From: Curvularia clavata
Taxonomy: Eukaryota
Direction of reading: 5' to 3'
Length of the DNA stretch: 64,000 nucleotides
NCBI GenBank assembly: GCA_023920165.1
Contig: CP089276.1
Span: 4,092,001 to 4,156,000 of the forward strand
This document shows positions 28,197 through 39,685 of the stretch, piece after piece; position 1 is the first letter of the stretch; every line of letters starts with the position of its first letter. Under the pieces are notes generated by a model that saw only the letters and a list, made by a program, of their open reading frames with translations, searched no databases and was not told the origin of the DNA. The translations under genes and the position numbers were made by a program.

Positions 28197-29984
28197 TCAT
28201 CTTCCAAATCCGTCGACCAAGGAAGCTTGCTCGAAGGATGAAGAAATCAGAGAAACATGAGTAGCCATGGTAGTCGCAGAAACGCCATTAAATACCGAAA
28301 AATTATCACACTCGCCATCTAATCCTGCCGGCCCTGCATCAACCGGTACCATCTGACCGTTCCCGTCGATATCAGCCATAGCAATGCACCATGATCTGCC
28401 TGTAGGTACGCTAGATGGTGTTTTTGGTGCTACTGATCCCTCTGTTGGTGCATATGGGAGTCCAGTGAACGTGGGTGGGGGGTGGCATTCTCCATTTGGC
28501 GCGGCAGGACCGCCTGCGACGATGACAGGATGGCCGTTTCGATATATATCGGCGACGGTGACGCACCAGTTCGCAAGCGTCGTTATCATAGTCGGAGTCG
28601 GCAATGGCGTTGTGGTGGGATTCTCGCAGTAGGCGGTATTCTCTGTGATGGTAGTAGAAGTGGGCTCAGGAGTGCTGAAAGGACGACTTGGCACTGGTGT
28701 GGTGAGAGGAGGCTGCGCATCTACCAACTTTGTACTCGTCTTTGTGACGACAACGGTTACAAATGAGGTTTTGTTCAAAAGGTTCGGTGTGGAAGGTGTA
28801 GTTCGCGGTGACACTGTTGTAGTCGTCCTTGTCACTGTAAGGTAGCTTGTGCTAGGGCCAATTTTGGAGAAGTCATCTTGTAGGGTCTCAGGAGCTGGCT
28901 GTGAAAAGGACGCCAAGGTCATGGATGGAATGTTTGAGCGGGATGGTGCTTTGAAGCCATGCAGTCCACTTGAGCTAGGCAAGGCTGGCTGCGACATAGA
29001 TTGCGAGCTATTTAAAGGTAATGCCGGAAGACTTTGATTCGACATTGCGCAACTTAGGTTCTTAATCCGCGGCTTACGGGTGGACACATCGACCAGTCCC
29101 CAATCGGCCTTCTGGTCAAGAGCAGAGTCCCTTAGAAGCTCGTACCAGAACGTTGTGTATTTGCCGAATACAGAGCAACCAACTTCGTTCCAGAATCTTT
29201 GGAGCTCATCGACTCCAGCAACAGCTGAACCATGCTGCTCTGTATCGGTTGATGGCCAGCCCATCTCGGCGATCCAAACTGGTCTATTGCCAGCCCGATT
29301 CTTGACGTCTTCGAGAGAAAGATGAAAGCTTGTGTTTGCCATGTTGATGCTATCTTTGTTCCAATAAGGGTAGGCAGTCATGCCGATAAAATCGGCATTG
29401 TCTACTACAGCGTACTTTGCGGTATCGACATGTCCGATGGGCTTATCTTTCATGTACTCGGCAAAAGACGATTCTGCAATACTTTCCTTGACTTGAGCGA
29501 TGGTCTGCCCGACGACCTGTGCTGTAACACCCAGCTCACCAGCTTCTTCGGCGCGATAGATGTCTTCACTTCCTACAGCAAGCCCGATGATGAGATCGGA
29601 AAGTGCCTGCCCATGCTTCTTGAAGCCTTTCTCGAGCGCCGCCATTTCGTTTTTGACATTCTCGTCGGGTGAGTCGCCTTTCTTGCCAGGCGTGATCCAG
29701 AAGCCGAGAAGTAGGTTGGTGTTAGATTCTACAGCAGCATCAAATGCTTCTGTTGGCTCGTTGAGCGTTCCAGCAGCTTTGCAGGTGAACAGTCGTGCAC
29801 TGTCGAATGGTATGTCAGCGTTCAGGCTCTTCGCCAGGCTGAAGCCGTCGAGAAAGTCGGCCTTCTTCTTGACATTGGCTTCGACTGTCCAGAATGCCCC
29901 ATAGTTGAAGCCAGTATATATCTTGCTCGGAGGCTGAGCAACACTTGATAGCAGAAAAAGGCTGATGATGAGAAAACGTTTCAT
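28197..29984 (-). CDS. Secreted GH17 beta-1,3-glucanase/transglucosylase (EglC-like) with Ser/Thr/Pro linker and a duplicated Cys-flanked C-terminal motif
   Basis: Signal peptide; GFNYGA, FDSARLFT, LLLGFW, AVGSEDIYR (acid/base Glu), PIGHVDT, AYPYW, WIAEMGWPS (nucleophile). Confidence 0.88.
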   Translation of the reverse strand: MKRFLIISLFLLSSVAQPPSKIYTGFNYGAFWTVEANVKKKADFLDGFSLAKSLNADIPFDSARLFTCKAAGTLNEPTEAFDAAVESNTNLLLGFWITPGKKGDSPDENVKNEMAALEKGFKKHGQALSDLIIGLAVGSEDIYRAEEAGELGVTAQVVGQTIAQVKESIAESSFAEYMKDKPIGHVDTAKYAVVDNADFIGMTAYPYWNKDSINMANTSFHLSLEDVKNRAGNRPVWIAEMGWPSTDTEQHGSAVAGVDELQRFWNEVGCSVFGKYTTFWYELLRDSALDQKADWGLVDVSTRKPRIKNLSCAMSNQSLPALPLNSSQSMSQPALPSSSGLHGFKAPSRSNIPSMTLASFSQPAPETLQDDFSKIGPSTSYLTVTRTTTTVSPRTTPSTPNLLNKTSFVTVVVTKTSTKLVDAQPPLTTPVPSRPFSTPEPTSTTITENTAYCENPTTTPLPTPTMITTLANWCVTVADIYRNGHPVIVAGGPAAPNGECHPPPTFTGLPYAPTEGSVAPKTPSSVPTGRSWCIAMADIDGNGQMVPVDAGPAGLDGECDNFSVFNGVSATTMATHVSLISSSFEQASLVDGFGR

Positions 29985-30411
29985 TTGGGCTATTTGCTGC
30001 TTGGAAAATGAAACAGAGAAGATAGTTTATGTGTTAGCTAGGAGATCCACAAAAGTCGCGATAGGATAGTGGTGTTTATTCTCTCTTGCTATTGTGAATT
30101 GCTACGTTATTGACAGAAATTCGGTTACAGGCTACAGCCTGACAGTGAATAGTAAACTATTGATATGGCTGTCTTGTGACAGAACTTCATTCACGCAGTA
30201 TACAATAGTAGCATGGGCATCAAACGCAAAACATTGGGAGCAAACAATAGAATGAGCTTCTGCCACGACTAGTAGAAAATGGCAGTCTACGAAAATGCCA
30301 CCTTTTAAAGGTGTAGCTGTGGCAGCTACTTATTGTTTACTCTGTTTTTAGTAGCGTAAGTGAGCGCTTTGATTTTCTGGTTGTGAAAGAGTGAGCTGTT
30401 GGTGATGACGG

Positions 30412-30419
30412 ATGACTCT
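30412..30419 (+). promoter_or_regulatory. Candidate Gcn4/CpcA element (ATGACTCT) upstream of ILV3
   Basis: Near-consensus ATGACTCA(T) about 150 bp upstream of an amino-acid biosynthesis gene. Confidence 0.45.
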
Positions 30420-30561
30420 GACGATCAGAGCGCGGTTGCATCATCACCCTTGCTCTCATTGGCTGGCTGCCCATACGGAGAGGCGTCCGACTCCGCGTCC
30501 TCCGAGCTCGCATCAATAAATTGATCCCGCGACACTCTGGGGAATTGAATAGCCAGCCACA

Positions 30562-32417
30562 ATGTCTCTCGCACGCTTTGGAGGTGCTCTCGCGCGCGCG
30601 AGGTGCTCACCGCGGCCTCAATGGCATGCTGCGTATGTTCTTCACCTGCAATGCTAACTCCACCGAGACTGACAGCCCCCAGACGTGCTCTCTCCAGCTC
30701 CCCACTTCGCACCGCCAAAGCCGACAATGAACTCAATTCGGTCAGCAAGCACATCACACAGCCCAAGTCGCAGGGCGCCTCACAGGCCATGCTGTATGCC
30801 ACAGGCATGAGCGAGGAGGACATGAACAAGGCCCAGGTCGGCATCTCATCCGTCTGGTACTCTGGCAATCCATGCAACATGCACCTGATGGATCTCAACA
30901 ACAAGGTCAAGGAGGGTGTCGAGCGGGCAGGACTGCTGGGAATGCAGTTCAATACAATTGGTGTCAGCGACGGTATCTCCATGGGTACAAAGGGCATGCG
31001 CTACTCGCTGCAGTCGCGTGAAATTATCGCAGACTCGATTGAGACAGTCATGGGCGGACAGTGGTATGATGCAAACATCTCCATCCCTGGTTGTGACAAA
31101 AATATGCCCGGTGTCATCATTGCCATGGGACGTGTCAACAGGCCTTCACTTATGGTCTACGGCGGCACCATCCAGCCTGGCTGCGCAAAGACACTGGACA
31201 ACCAGCAAATTGATATCGTGTCTGCTTTCCAGGCATATGGCCAGTTCATCACAGGCGAGATCACCGAAGACCAGCGCTTCGACATCATCAGACATGCTTG
31301 CAACGGCCAGGGTGCATGCGGAGGCATGTACACGGCAAACACAATGGCTACTGCGATTGAGACAATGGGCATGTCGCTGCCTGGTTCTTCTTCGAACCCC
31401 GCCAACTCCAAGGCCAAGATGCTTGAGTGTCTGGCCGCAGGTGGAGCCATCAAGAATCTCCTCAAGGAAGACATTCGGCCTAGCGATATTCTTACCCGCC
31501 AAGCGCTCGAGAACGCCATGGTTGTCATTAGCATCACTGGTGGCTCGACGAACGCTGTACTCCACTTGATCGCCATTGCCGATTCGGTCGGAATTAAGCT
31601 GACCATAGACGACTTCCAGAGCGTCAGCGACCGCATTCCATTGCTGGCCGATCTGAAGCCTTCTGGAAAGTACGTCATGGCCGACATCCACGACATTGGT
31701 GGTACCCCAGCACTTTTGAAGTTTCTGTTGAAGGAAGGCCTCCTTGACGGAAGCCAGATGACTGTGACTGGTAAAACACTAAAGGAAAATCTGGAGAACG
31801 TCAAGGACTTCCCTGCTGAGCAGAAGATTATCAGGCCGCTCAGCGAGCCCCTGAAATCAACTGGCCACCTGCAGATTCTGCGGGGATCTCTTGCTCCTGG
31901 CGGCTGCGTAGGCAAAATTACGGGTAAGGAGGGCACAAAGTTTACTGGAAAGGCAAAGTGCTATGATGCCGAAGACGACTTCATTTCTGCCCTTGAGCGG
32001 GGTGAAATCAAGAAGGGTGAGAAGACTGTTGTTGTCATCCGCTACGAAGGACCCAAGGGCGGTCCTGGTATGCCCGAAATGCTGAAGCCCAGCTCTGCCA
32101 TCATGGGTGCTGGTCTTGGAAAAGACGTCGCCCTCATCACAGACGGTCGCTTCAGCGGTGGCAGCCACGGCTTCTTGATTGGCCACATTGTGCCTGAGGC
32201 TCAAGAGGGTGGTCCCATTGGTCTTGTTCAAGACGGTGACGAAATCACGATTGATTCAGAGTCAAATGAGTTGAACATCTCTGTGAGCGAACAGGAGCTT
32301 GCAGAGAGAAGGAAGAAGTGGACTGCGCCTGCGCTGAAGTACCAGAAGGGTACGCTGTTCAAGTATGCGCGGTTTGTCAAGGATGCCAGCCACGGATGCG
32401 TCACTGACGCGGAATGA
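30562..32417 (+). CDS. ILV3: Dihydroxy-acid dehydratase, mitochondrial (5' end uncertain: ATG 30562 with a short intron, or ATG 30621/30651)
   Basis: [74 protein letters not shown]. Confidence 0.96.
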
Positions 32418-34569
32418 CTGTAACGATGCGATACTACGCATGTCTTTGATTTGCGAGCTTGTACATTTGGCTATTGGATATTGGAAAAGTCGCTTTTGGA
32501 GTTTGTCTAAGCCGCCTTTGAATAAATGAATATTTTGCTTCGCAATTACGTTCTTGTAGTACCCAGGATGTTGCTTGCAATTTGTGAGCCATGACAACGA
32601 GGTAATTTCTTAGGCGCCATGTCTCATACAGATCAGGATTGCGTGATCGGGGCCTGAAGGCTATGTTGTGCAAATCCAAGTGAGGCGGTGGATCAAAGGG
32701 GGTATGCAGGGGTCACGTCATATGCACAGCGAGTCAAGATTGCGGGTTTAGTTGCTTGCACAGTGAGAGTAGTGAGATTCCGGAGAGGCAGCCCCAGAAG
32801 TCGTGCGCGTGGAAGTGGAGTAGCAAGCCTTGCACGGGGCGCGAAACGCGCGCAGGCTGTATGTGGATACTTCCAATTTGCCAAGTCCAAAATGGGACAG
32901 CGATTGGCGAATCTGGCAACGCTCTGGGGGGCGATTGCTCTAGGAGAATTTCATAGGAGCGATGGGATGCTGGCATGTACTTTTCCTTATCGGTGGTCCG
33001 TCCCGCGAAACCTTCCTCAGCTTCTTATGTTGTACTGAATCACATGGTGCCATTGTGGCCGTCTTCAAAACTCAACCCTTTGTGCGTGTGTTGACTGTCT
33101 CAAAGTTGTGTTAGCAGTAGCAGAGAATGGAAACCAGACGATATTGGCTGTTATTTGAGCTACATTGTTGGTGTGAGTGGGAGAAGAGAAAGTCAGTTCA
33201 CGTGATGGGGATGAGACCGGGGTAGACAAAGACTAAAATCGGTGTCAATGACAGGAAAGGAGTTGTATTGTGGCTTGTCTCACCAATGATAATATATGCG
33301 TATAGGACGATTCCTGTCGGCAACTTCCACAGTACCAAGATGGTCGCAAAGGTAGTTGTGTGGCTGACGGGAATAGTGAAGGTTAATGCTCGGCGAGGCT
33401 CGCTGCCCCCACGTGGCTGGTGATGGTCAAGCGTTGCCAAGAAGAATGATCACCCGGTCAAATCTCACTGCAGTAACTGTCCTATCCCTTTTCCATATCC
33501 CTTTTCAGCGCCTCTCTTCTGAAGCATCGCAGCCAACAACGTCCCGGCGACATCGAAGCGTCAAAAGAATCAGGACTCTGCGGATGTGAAGAACAAGACA
33601 ATTAGACATGGTCAACCAGATACGGCCAGCTAAGGAAAGTTAATCGGGCTGGCGTCTACCTAGTCGCTATAGACGCGTTGCCCAATTGGGGCTGGGGCCT
33701 GTTTCTGGTCGCGGTTGATCGACGTCTAGCGCAATGCCCTAGCTCCTACGACAATTACATTCCTAGATCTTCAGGGGGACCGTCGTTCGCCCGCTCGGGC
33801 AAACATCTGCAAAAACAATACTGTTAGGTCCCTGCATGGACACGTTGTACCCTTACACGTCAGCGCTTGCACGGTTCCTCGACCCAGGCTCAGTTGAAAC
33901 ACAATTTGGCCGACGGCCCTGCTGACTAGCATTGAATCCCTTCATTCGGGTGTGGCCTTTGTACGATTTTGGTCGTCAGTCTGTCAGTAACAACGGGAAC
34001 GAAACCTGGTTTGAACTCTAACCAACAATTCAGAAAGCTTGACGGCCGAAACCCGCCGTAATCTCTCACCGTTTAGTCCTGAACTGAAGCCGGAATCTTA
34101 GCGGTACATCCCCCTCTACACGACTCGTGAGCCGGTACCCCACAGCTCCTTTGGCTACTGCTTCCGCTAAGCGGAATAAACTTCCTCAGCGTCCTCCATA
34201 GATCACTCCTGATTGGACTATTGGACAGGCGTGTTTCTGATAATGACGATCGTCACAGATTTGTGCCTAGTCTAGACGGATGGTAACATGCCGTCAGTCT
34301 TGTTCACCACCATGTCGATTCAACTAGTCCATGATCTGCCATGACAGACAAGGCCTGCAATGAGCTCAACCAGACCGTGAGAATGATCGACGAGCCTCTG
34401 AATCGAGATGACCACGCTGAAGGAGACAGCCCGAGCATATAAACCATCTCCGAGTCCACTGAAGAAGATCACCACCAACGCACCACAGTCGCTCTCTTCT
34501 CCTCATCGCTCAGTCGCTCATTCATTCTTATATTATACTAGTTAATATCTTAATACGATCACCATCAAG

Positions 34570-36402
34570 ATGCGTTCCTACATTGCTGTTTCCATCTTTG
34601 CGCTCTCCGCATCGGTCCTTTCGGCACCTACTCCTCAGCTTGGCCTCAATAACGTTGTTGGCTCAGTCGCTGGCACTGTTGGTACCGGCAACCTGCTCCA
34701 GGGGAATGAGGCTGGCAACAACGACAACGATGTTGACCTCAGCGGCCTCACTGGCCTCCTGAAGAACGAAAAGCGTCAGCTCAACATTGTTGGCGGTCTT
34801 ACCAGGCCCGTCGACGGCCTTGTTGGCGATGTCACCAAGACCAGGGTTGTTGGCAACGCCAGGCGTCAGCTTAACCTCCCTGTTGTTGCTGGCGTTACTG
34901 GAACTCTTGACCGCGTCACTGGCAGCCTCAACACTGACGGTGCTATCAAGGGCGTCAACACCGACCTCCACAGCCGTCAGCTCAATGTCCCCGTTGTCCC
35001 AGCGGCTGTTGGCATTGTTGATGGTGTCACCCAGAGCCTGAACACTGACGGCGCCATCAAGGGAGTTAACACTGACCTCCACAGCCGCCAGCTCAACGTC
35101 CCCGTCGTCCCAGCAGCTGTCGGCATTGTCGATGGTGTTACTCAGAGCTTGAACACCGACGGTGCCATCAAGGGTGTCAACACTGACCTCCACAGCCGTC
35201 AACTGAACGTCCCCGTCGTTGCTGGCGTCACTGGAACTCTTGACCGTGTCACTGGCAGCCTCAACACCGACGGTGCCATCAAGGGTGTTAACACCGACCT
35301 CCACAGCAAGCGTCAGCTTAACCTTCCTGTCGTCGAAGGAGTTGTTGCCACTGTTGACAATGTCACTGGCAAGCTGAACACCGACGGTGCCATCAAGGGT
35401 GTCAACACTGACCTCCACAGCCGTCAACTGAACGTCCCCGTCGTTGCTGGCGTCACTGGAACTCTTGATCGCGTCACTGGAAGCCTCAACACTGATGGTG
35501 CTATCAAGGGCGTCAACACCGACCTCCACAGCCGTCAGCTCAACGTCCCCGTTGTCCCCAAGCTCACTGAGACAGTCGATGCCGTCACTGGCAGCCTGAA
35601 CACCAACGGCGCCATCAAGGGTGTCAACACCGACATCAACAGCAAGCGTCAGCTTAACCTCCCTGTTGTTGCTGGTGTTACTGGAACTCTTGATCGCGTC
35701 ACTGGCAGCCTTAACACCGACGGTGCTATCAAGGGCGTCAACACTGACCTCCACAGCCGCCAGCTCAACGTCCCCGTTGTCCCCAAGCTCACTGAGACTG
35801 TCGATGCCGTCACTGGCAGCCTGAACACCAACGGTGCTATCAAGGGTGTTAACACTGATGTCAACAGCAAGCGCCAGCTCGAGCTTGTAGGTGACGTTGC
35901 TGGACTGGTCACTGGCCCTGTCGACACTATCACCAACGGCCTCAATGTCGACGTCAACGTTAAGCGCGCCCTCCCTGTTGTCCAGGACCTCCCCGTAGTC
36001 GGCGGACTTGCCTCCACCCTCGACAACGCTCCTGTTGTTGGAGGCGTCACCGAGACTGTCCACGGCGTCACTGGCGACCTTAATCCCGTTACCAGCACCG
36101 TTTTCGATGCCGTCGAGCCCGTCACTGAGCTCACCAAGGTTATTGATGTCCGCTCCCCACAGCTTCTCGATGTCGACGTCGGCAAGACTGTTGATGGCGT
36201 TATCGACACTGTCGGCAACACTGTAAGTACCGATTCGGAACTCCTTGAGATCGAAGGCCCCCTCGTCCAGCTCCCTGACGTCAACGTCTCCCCTGTCGTC
36301 AACGCTGCCTAGATGATCATTCCGGGCTATTGACATTGCCTTGTTCGTCATCCAAGCCATTCACACAGACACATTTGCTAACTGGTCCTTTCACAGCTTT
36401 AA
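34570..36402 (+). CDS. Secreted Kex2-processed repeat protein (KEP; Rep1 repellent-like organisation). Ends at 36312 unspliced, or at 36402 if 36223-36396 is spliced out
   Basis: Signal peptide MRSYIAVSIFALSASVLS; nine 37-38 aa repeats QLN(V/L)PVV...LNT(D/N)GAIKGVNTD(LH/IN/VN)S(K)R separated by KR/RR/SR; strong codon bias; TATAAA at about 34438. Confidence 0.88.
34867..35874 (+). repeat. Coding tandem repeat, 9 units of 111/114 bp
   Basis: Unit starts at 34867, 34978, 35089, 35200, 35314, 35425, 35536, 35650 and 35761; total 1008 bp = 6x111 + 3x114. Confidence 0.95.
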
Positions 36403-37653
36403 ACAACCAAACAAACTCATAAAAAAGTTTTCTCACACATGAGCGTTCGTTGCATGGATTCGCCACTAGTCCAAGCGTCCCAAGATAGAGCGAGAGATAT
36501 CACAGCTCGGGGGTGGACTCGCGGGGCTGGGGAATGGCCAGGGGCCAAAGGACATGTTTACCAGAGTATATAATTTGATGGAAATAGCTATTGATATCCT
36601 TAGTTGCAGTTATGGGTTTCTCCCAATGCTATACCCTTTTCTTAACTGGAATCCCACAATGAAGTGCACATCTCAAGTGTCAACGAATTCGTGTTGACAA
36701 TCGTCAGTCGGCGTGTACTGCACGCCTAACCTCATCTCAAAAAAATCGGGTCACACTCCCTTTCACGCTCGTTGCGTCAAATCACTACCCCTTTCCTCAT
36801 AGATGCAATGACACCCCCCCTTGTCTCCTTTTCCTTGCAAGTCTAACCGATGCAGAAACGTCAGCTGAATCCACTTCCTCTTTGTCTCCACGCACGATCA
36901 AAAAGAACGCGCATGCAAAAGTGCGATTTGCAACATCCAATTCCCAAAACAGCCACGAGGAAGCAAAGAAATAGGAATAGCGCGCGTTTTGCGATACGAA
37001 GGCCCGAATCGCGGACACGCGACGCACGCACCACGTCAAAAGCCGTTGGGAGAGCGGGCGGAGAAGGAGATTATTTCACGGCACTTGGAGTGGAGAGACT
37101 AAAAAAAAAAATACGGGTATCGCCTGGGGTCCCTTTTTCGGTCCTTTTCATTACCTTTACTTTTTTGAGGTAGGGAAAGGTTGGTCGCTTTTTTGGCAAC
37201 ACGGGATGGTTGGTATGTGCTACATTTTACGAGGAGAGAAAAAGGGTATAGTAGGATGAGAAAAGAGAAGAAGGCGGGTTGGAGACAGGGGTTGCGGATG
37301 CAGTGCTTACATTCGGCGACGGGAAAAGGGACATAGGAAACGGGTGAGGAAGAGGGAAAAAAGAAAGACTCCTGTAGATCAAACGGTAAGATTGCGGGAA
37401 GAATATGAAAAATGCTATTTGTGGTTTTGCTTATGCGATGGTTTCCCGTGCTTCAAGTGGTGGTGATTGTCGCTCTTGGTAGGTGATCGATTTCTTGTTT
37501 TGGAGGAGAAGAATAAATCTATTAATATGTGTGAACAGTGTTGCATTAAACCGTTGAACCATCTTTCGATCTACTGCCAGAAACGCTGTTGCCGCTGTAT
37601 TAACGCTAGAATAAGATCGTCGTGGTTGCAATACTTCAAAAGGAGGGTTATCT

Positions 37654-38774
37654 TCAGTGTCCTCCAGTCGTGGGTAGCTGTATATCGTGTTAGCCAGAGT
37701 TATGCAAGTGCATCTGGGCGCAGGAGTGTCAAGTATACGTACGCCGAGATAGACCTTGAAAGAGTCGTAGATGAGCCATTGGAAGGCAGTCAAGGTACCA
37801 ATCATGAAGATACGAACGGGTAGGCCGTTCCATAGGCCAGTGAAGCCGATCTTGCCGTATATTCTGCCAATGGCCTGGCCAGCTCCTTCACCGGGCTTCC
37901 GGTCGCTGTTCAGTTTTGAGACCATGACGTCTGGTACGCGTTAGCCTTCCGATCTTCACTCTTTCTTGCTGAAAATACATCGACGTACCTGCAGGGTGCG
38001 ACACAACAGCACATCCGATACCAGCAATGTAACCTCCCAAAAAGGAGACACCAGTCTGCTGGAGACCACCATACGATTCCTTAGGCTTGCCTAAGAAACG
38101 GTAGATCTGAGTGACTGTCTCCTCGAATGTCGCAAACTTGACCATTGTGTACGGAATCTGACGAGCCCACAGGGGATATAGTCCCTTGTACAGTCCGCCA
38201 ACGCCCTCTTCTCTGATAATCTTCGCCCAGCCTTCTCTCAACGTATGTGCGAATGGGGGCATAGTGGTCTGCATGCGCACTTTGATAGCTTCCATGGGAC
38301 ATAGCGCGATATCAGCGAGGAATTCTGCCGAAGCAGATGCAGCAAGGTAGACGACTTGCTTAGGCGCACCAGGCGCAAGTTTGTCGCCGTACAGGTACTT
38401 GAACACTTCGTAGAAACCATACTTTCCGGCACCTTGCAATGAGTAGCCAATGAAGGTCGGTGTCCAGCCGAAGAACACACCGCGAAGGCCTTCTTTGGAG
38501 TAGATCATTTTCCATGCTTGGCTGTTGGACTTATAGAGAGACGAATCGACTTGGCGACGGCATTTCACCTGAAGGGGTATTCCATTAGCAAAGTAGTTCG
38601 AACACACTCATCTCCGCCTTAGACGGTTTGATTACTTACCAAATCCAGCGGGGTAACCATAGTATGCGTAGGTCCGCACGCGATAATCCCACCCATGGTA
38701 CACGCCGCGAAGTAGGACCCTGAGAAGAGCTCAATCTTCCTCTGAGGCTTCATCGCATCCAGTTTGTTCGCCAT
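37654..38774 (-). CDS. PIC2: Mitochondrial phosphate (copper) carrier, Pic2/SLC25A3 type; 4 exons
   Basis: [114 protein letters not shown]. Confidence 0.9.
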
Positions 38775-39685
38775 TGTACTTGCTGTGCTGAAAGTGCTTT
38801 TTCCTTAGGGGTTCAAAAAAGGGATCCTTATAAAGTCCTTCTCCCAGCGCGGCTCTACCGGCTCCTACGTAGTTGGCAATATCTCTCGGCCGAGCGTTAG
38901 CAACCTCTTGGTTTTCTGGTTATCTGGTGTCGCGTGCGTATTTGTTGTGTCGCGACCAGATGCAACTTGCAATTAGCCTGCAATGGAACAGAAATTGAAT
39001 ATCGAAAATAAGCAGTGAGCAGAAGTCTATAGAGAGCTTCTCAAGAACCAGCACGCAAGAAAAAAGTAGCTTTGTTATGACGGAGCTGGGACTAGTTACT
39101 GGGAAGCGTGTCCGCGAGTTCCGTCGCGATGACGTAACTGGCGGCGTGCGGGGACGCACGACATGCTGACCTAGCTTGGCTAAGATGCTTATCGTCGCCC
39201 TGCCCCCACAGGCGTCCAACTGGATTCTTGCCAGAGGTTCGGATTCAGCATGATGAAATCGTAGGTAAGCCATATTCTCCCACAAATGGTGAAGCCGAAA
39301 AATGGCGACTTGCCCAGTTTAAAAGTAGCTGTAGTTGCCACAGTTATGTATTATTGTGGCCTCAAGTACACGGCACAAAACCAGTAGACCGCGAGGGAAA
39401 AAGTTACTTCTATAAGATATTTGCGTGCACGCGAATGCGCTCTAAAACCGAAATCATGATTTGTGGTAGTCATATCCCAGCCCTCACTGTATCCGACTGC
39501 GCCCAAGCACCCACGCTATGCCACCCAATACGAAACATATCATCGTGAGAAAGAAAAAACTCCTGTATACGCAACAGGATCGTAAAAGTAGACGGCTTGA
39601 ATGTACTACCTCAATGCTGCAAAAACATAGACAGGAAACATCCAAAATTCAAAATAAGTAGCACAGTGTACTAGGTTAACAGTCA

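Noticed and set aside
32415..32423. ILV3 stop context TGA CTG resembling a readthrough signal
   Set aside because: A second stop follows after one codon, so no targeting extension such as PTS1 would be produced.
32420..34560. 2.1-kb gene-free interval possibly hiding an ncRNA or tRNA
   Set aside because: Only short hairpins (e.g. GCCCG-CT-CGGGC near 33790); no cloverleaf or snoRNA box structure could be supported by eye.
34867..35874. Constant/variable alternation resembling a CRISPR array, or a dikaritin RiPP precursor
   Set aside because: Eukaryotic in-frame coding repeat with recurring cassettes and no cas genes. Units lack aromatic cores and there is no DUF3328 or tailoring gene nearby.
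34663..36360. 565-aa antisense ORF over the repeat protein
   Set aside because: Mirror frame produced by strong codon bias and repeats on the sense strand; no independent signals.
36850..36880. ORF beginning MQKRQLNPLP, resembling the KRQLNLP junction of the repeat protein
   Set aside because: Similarity is limited to about 6 residues with no signal peptide or further repeat; likely chance.
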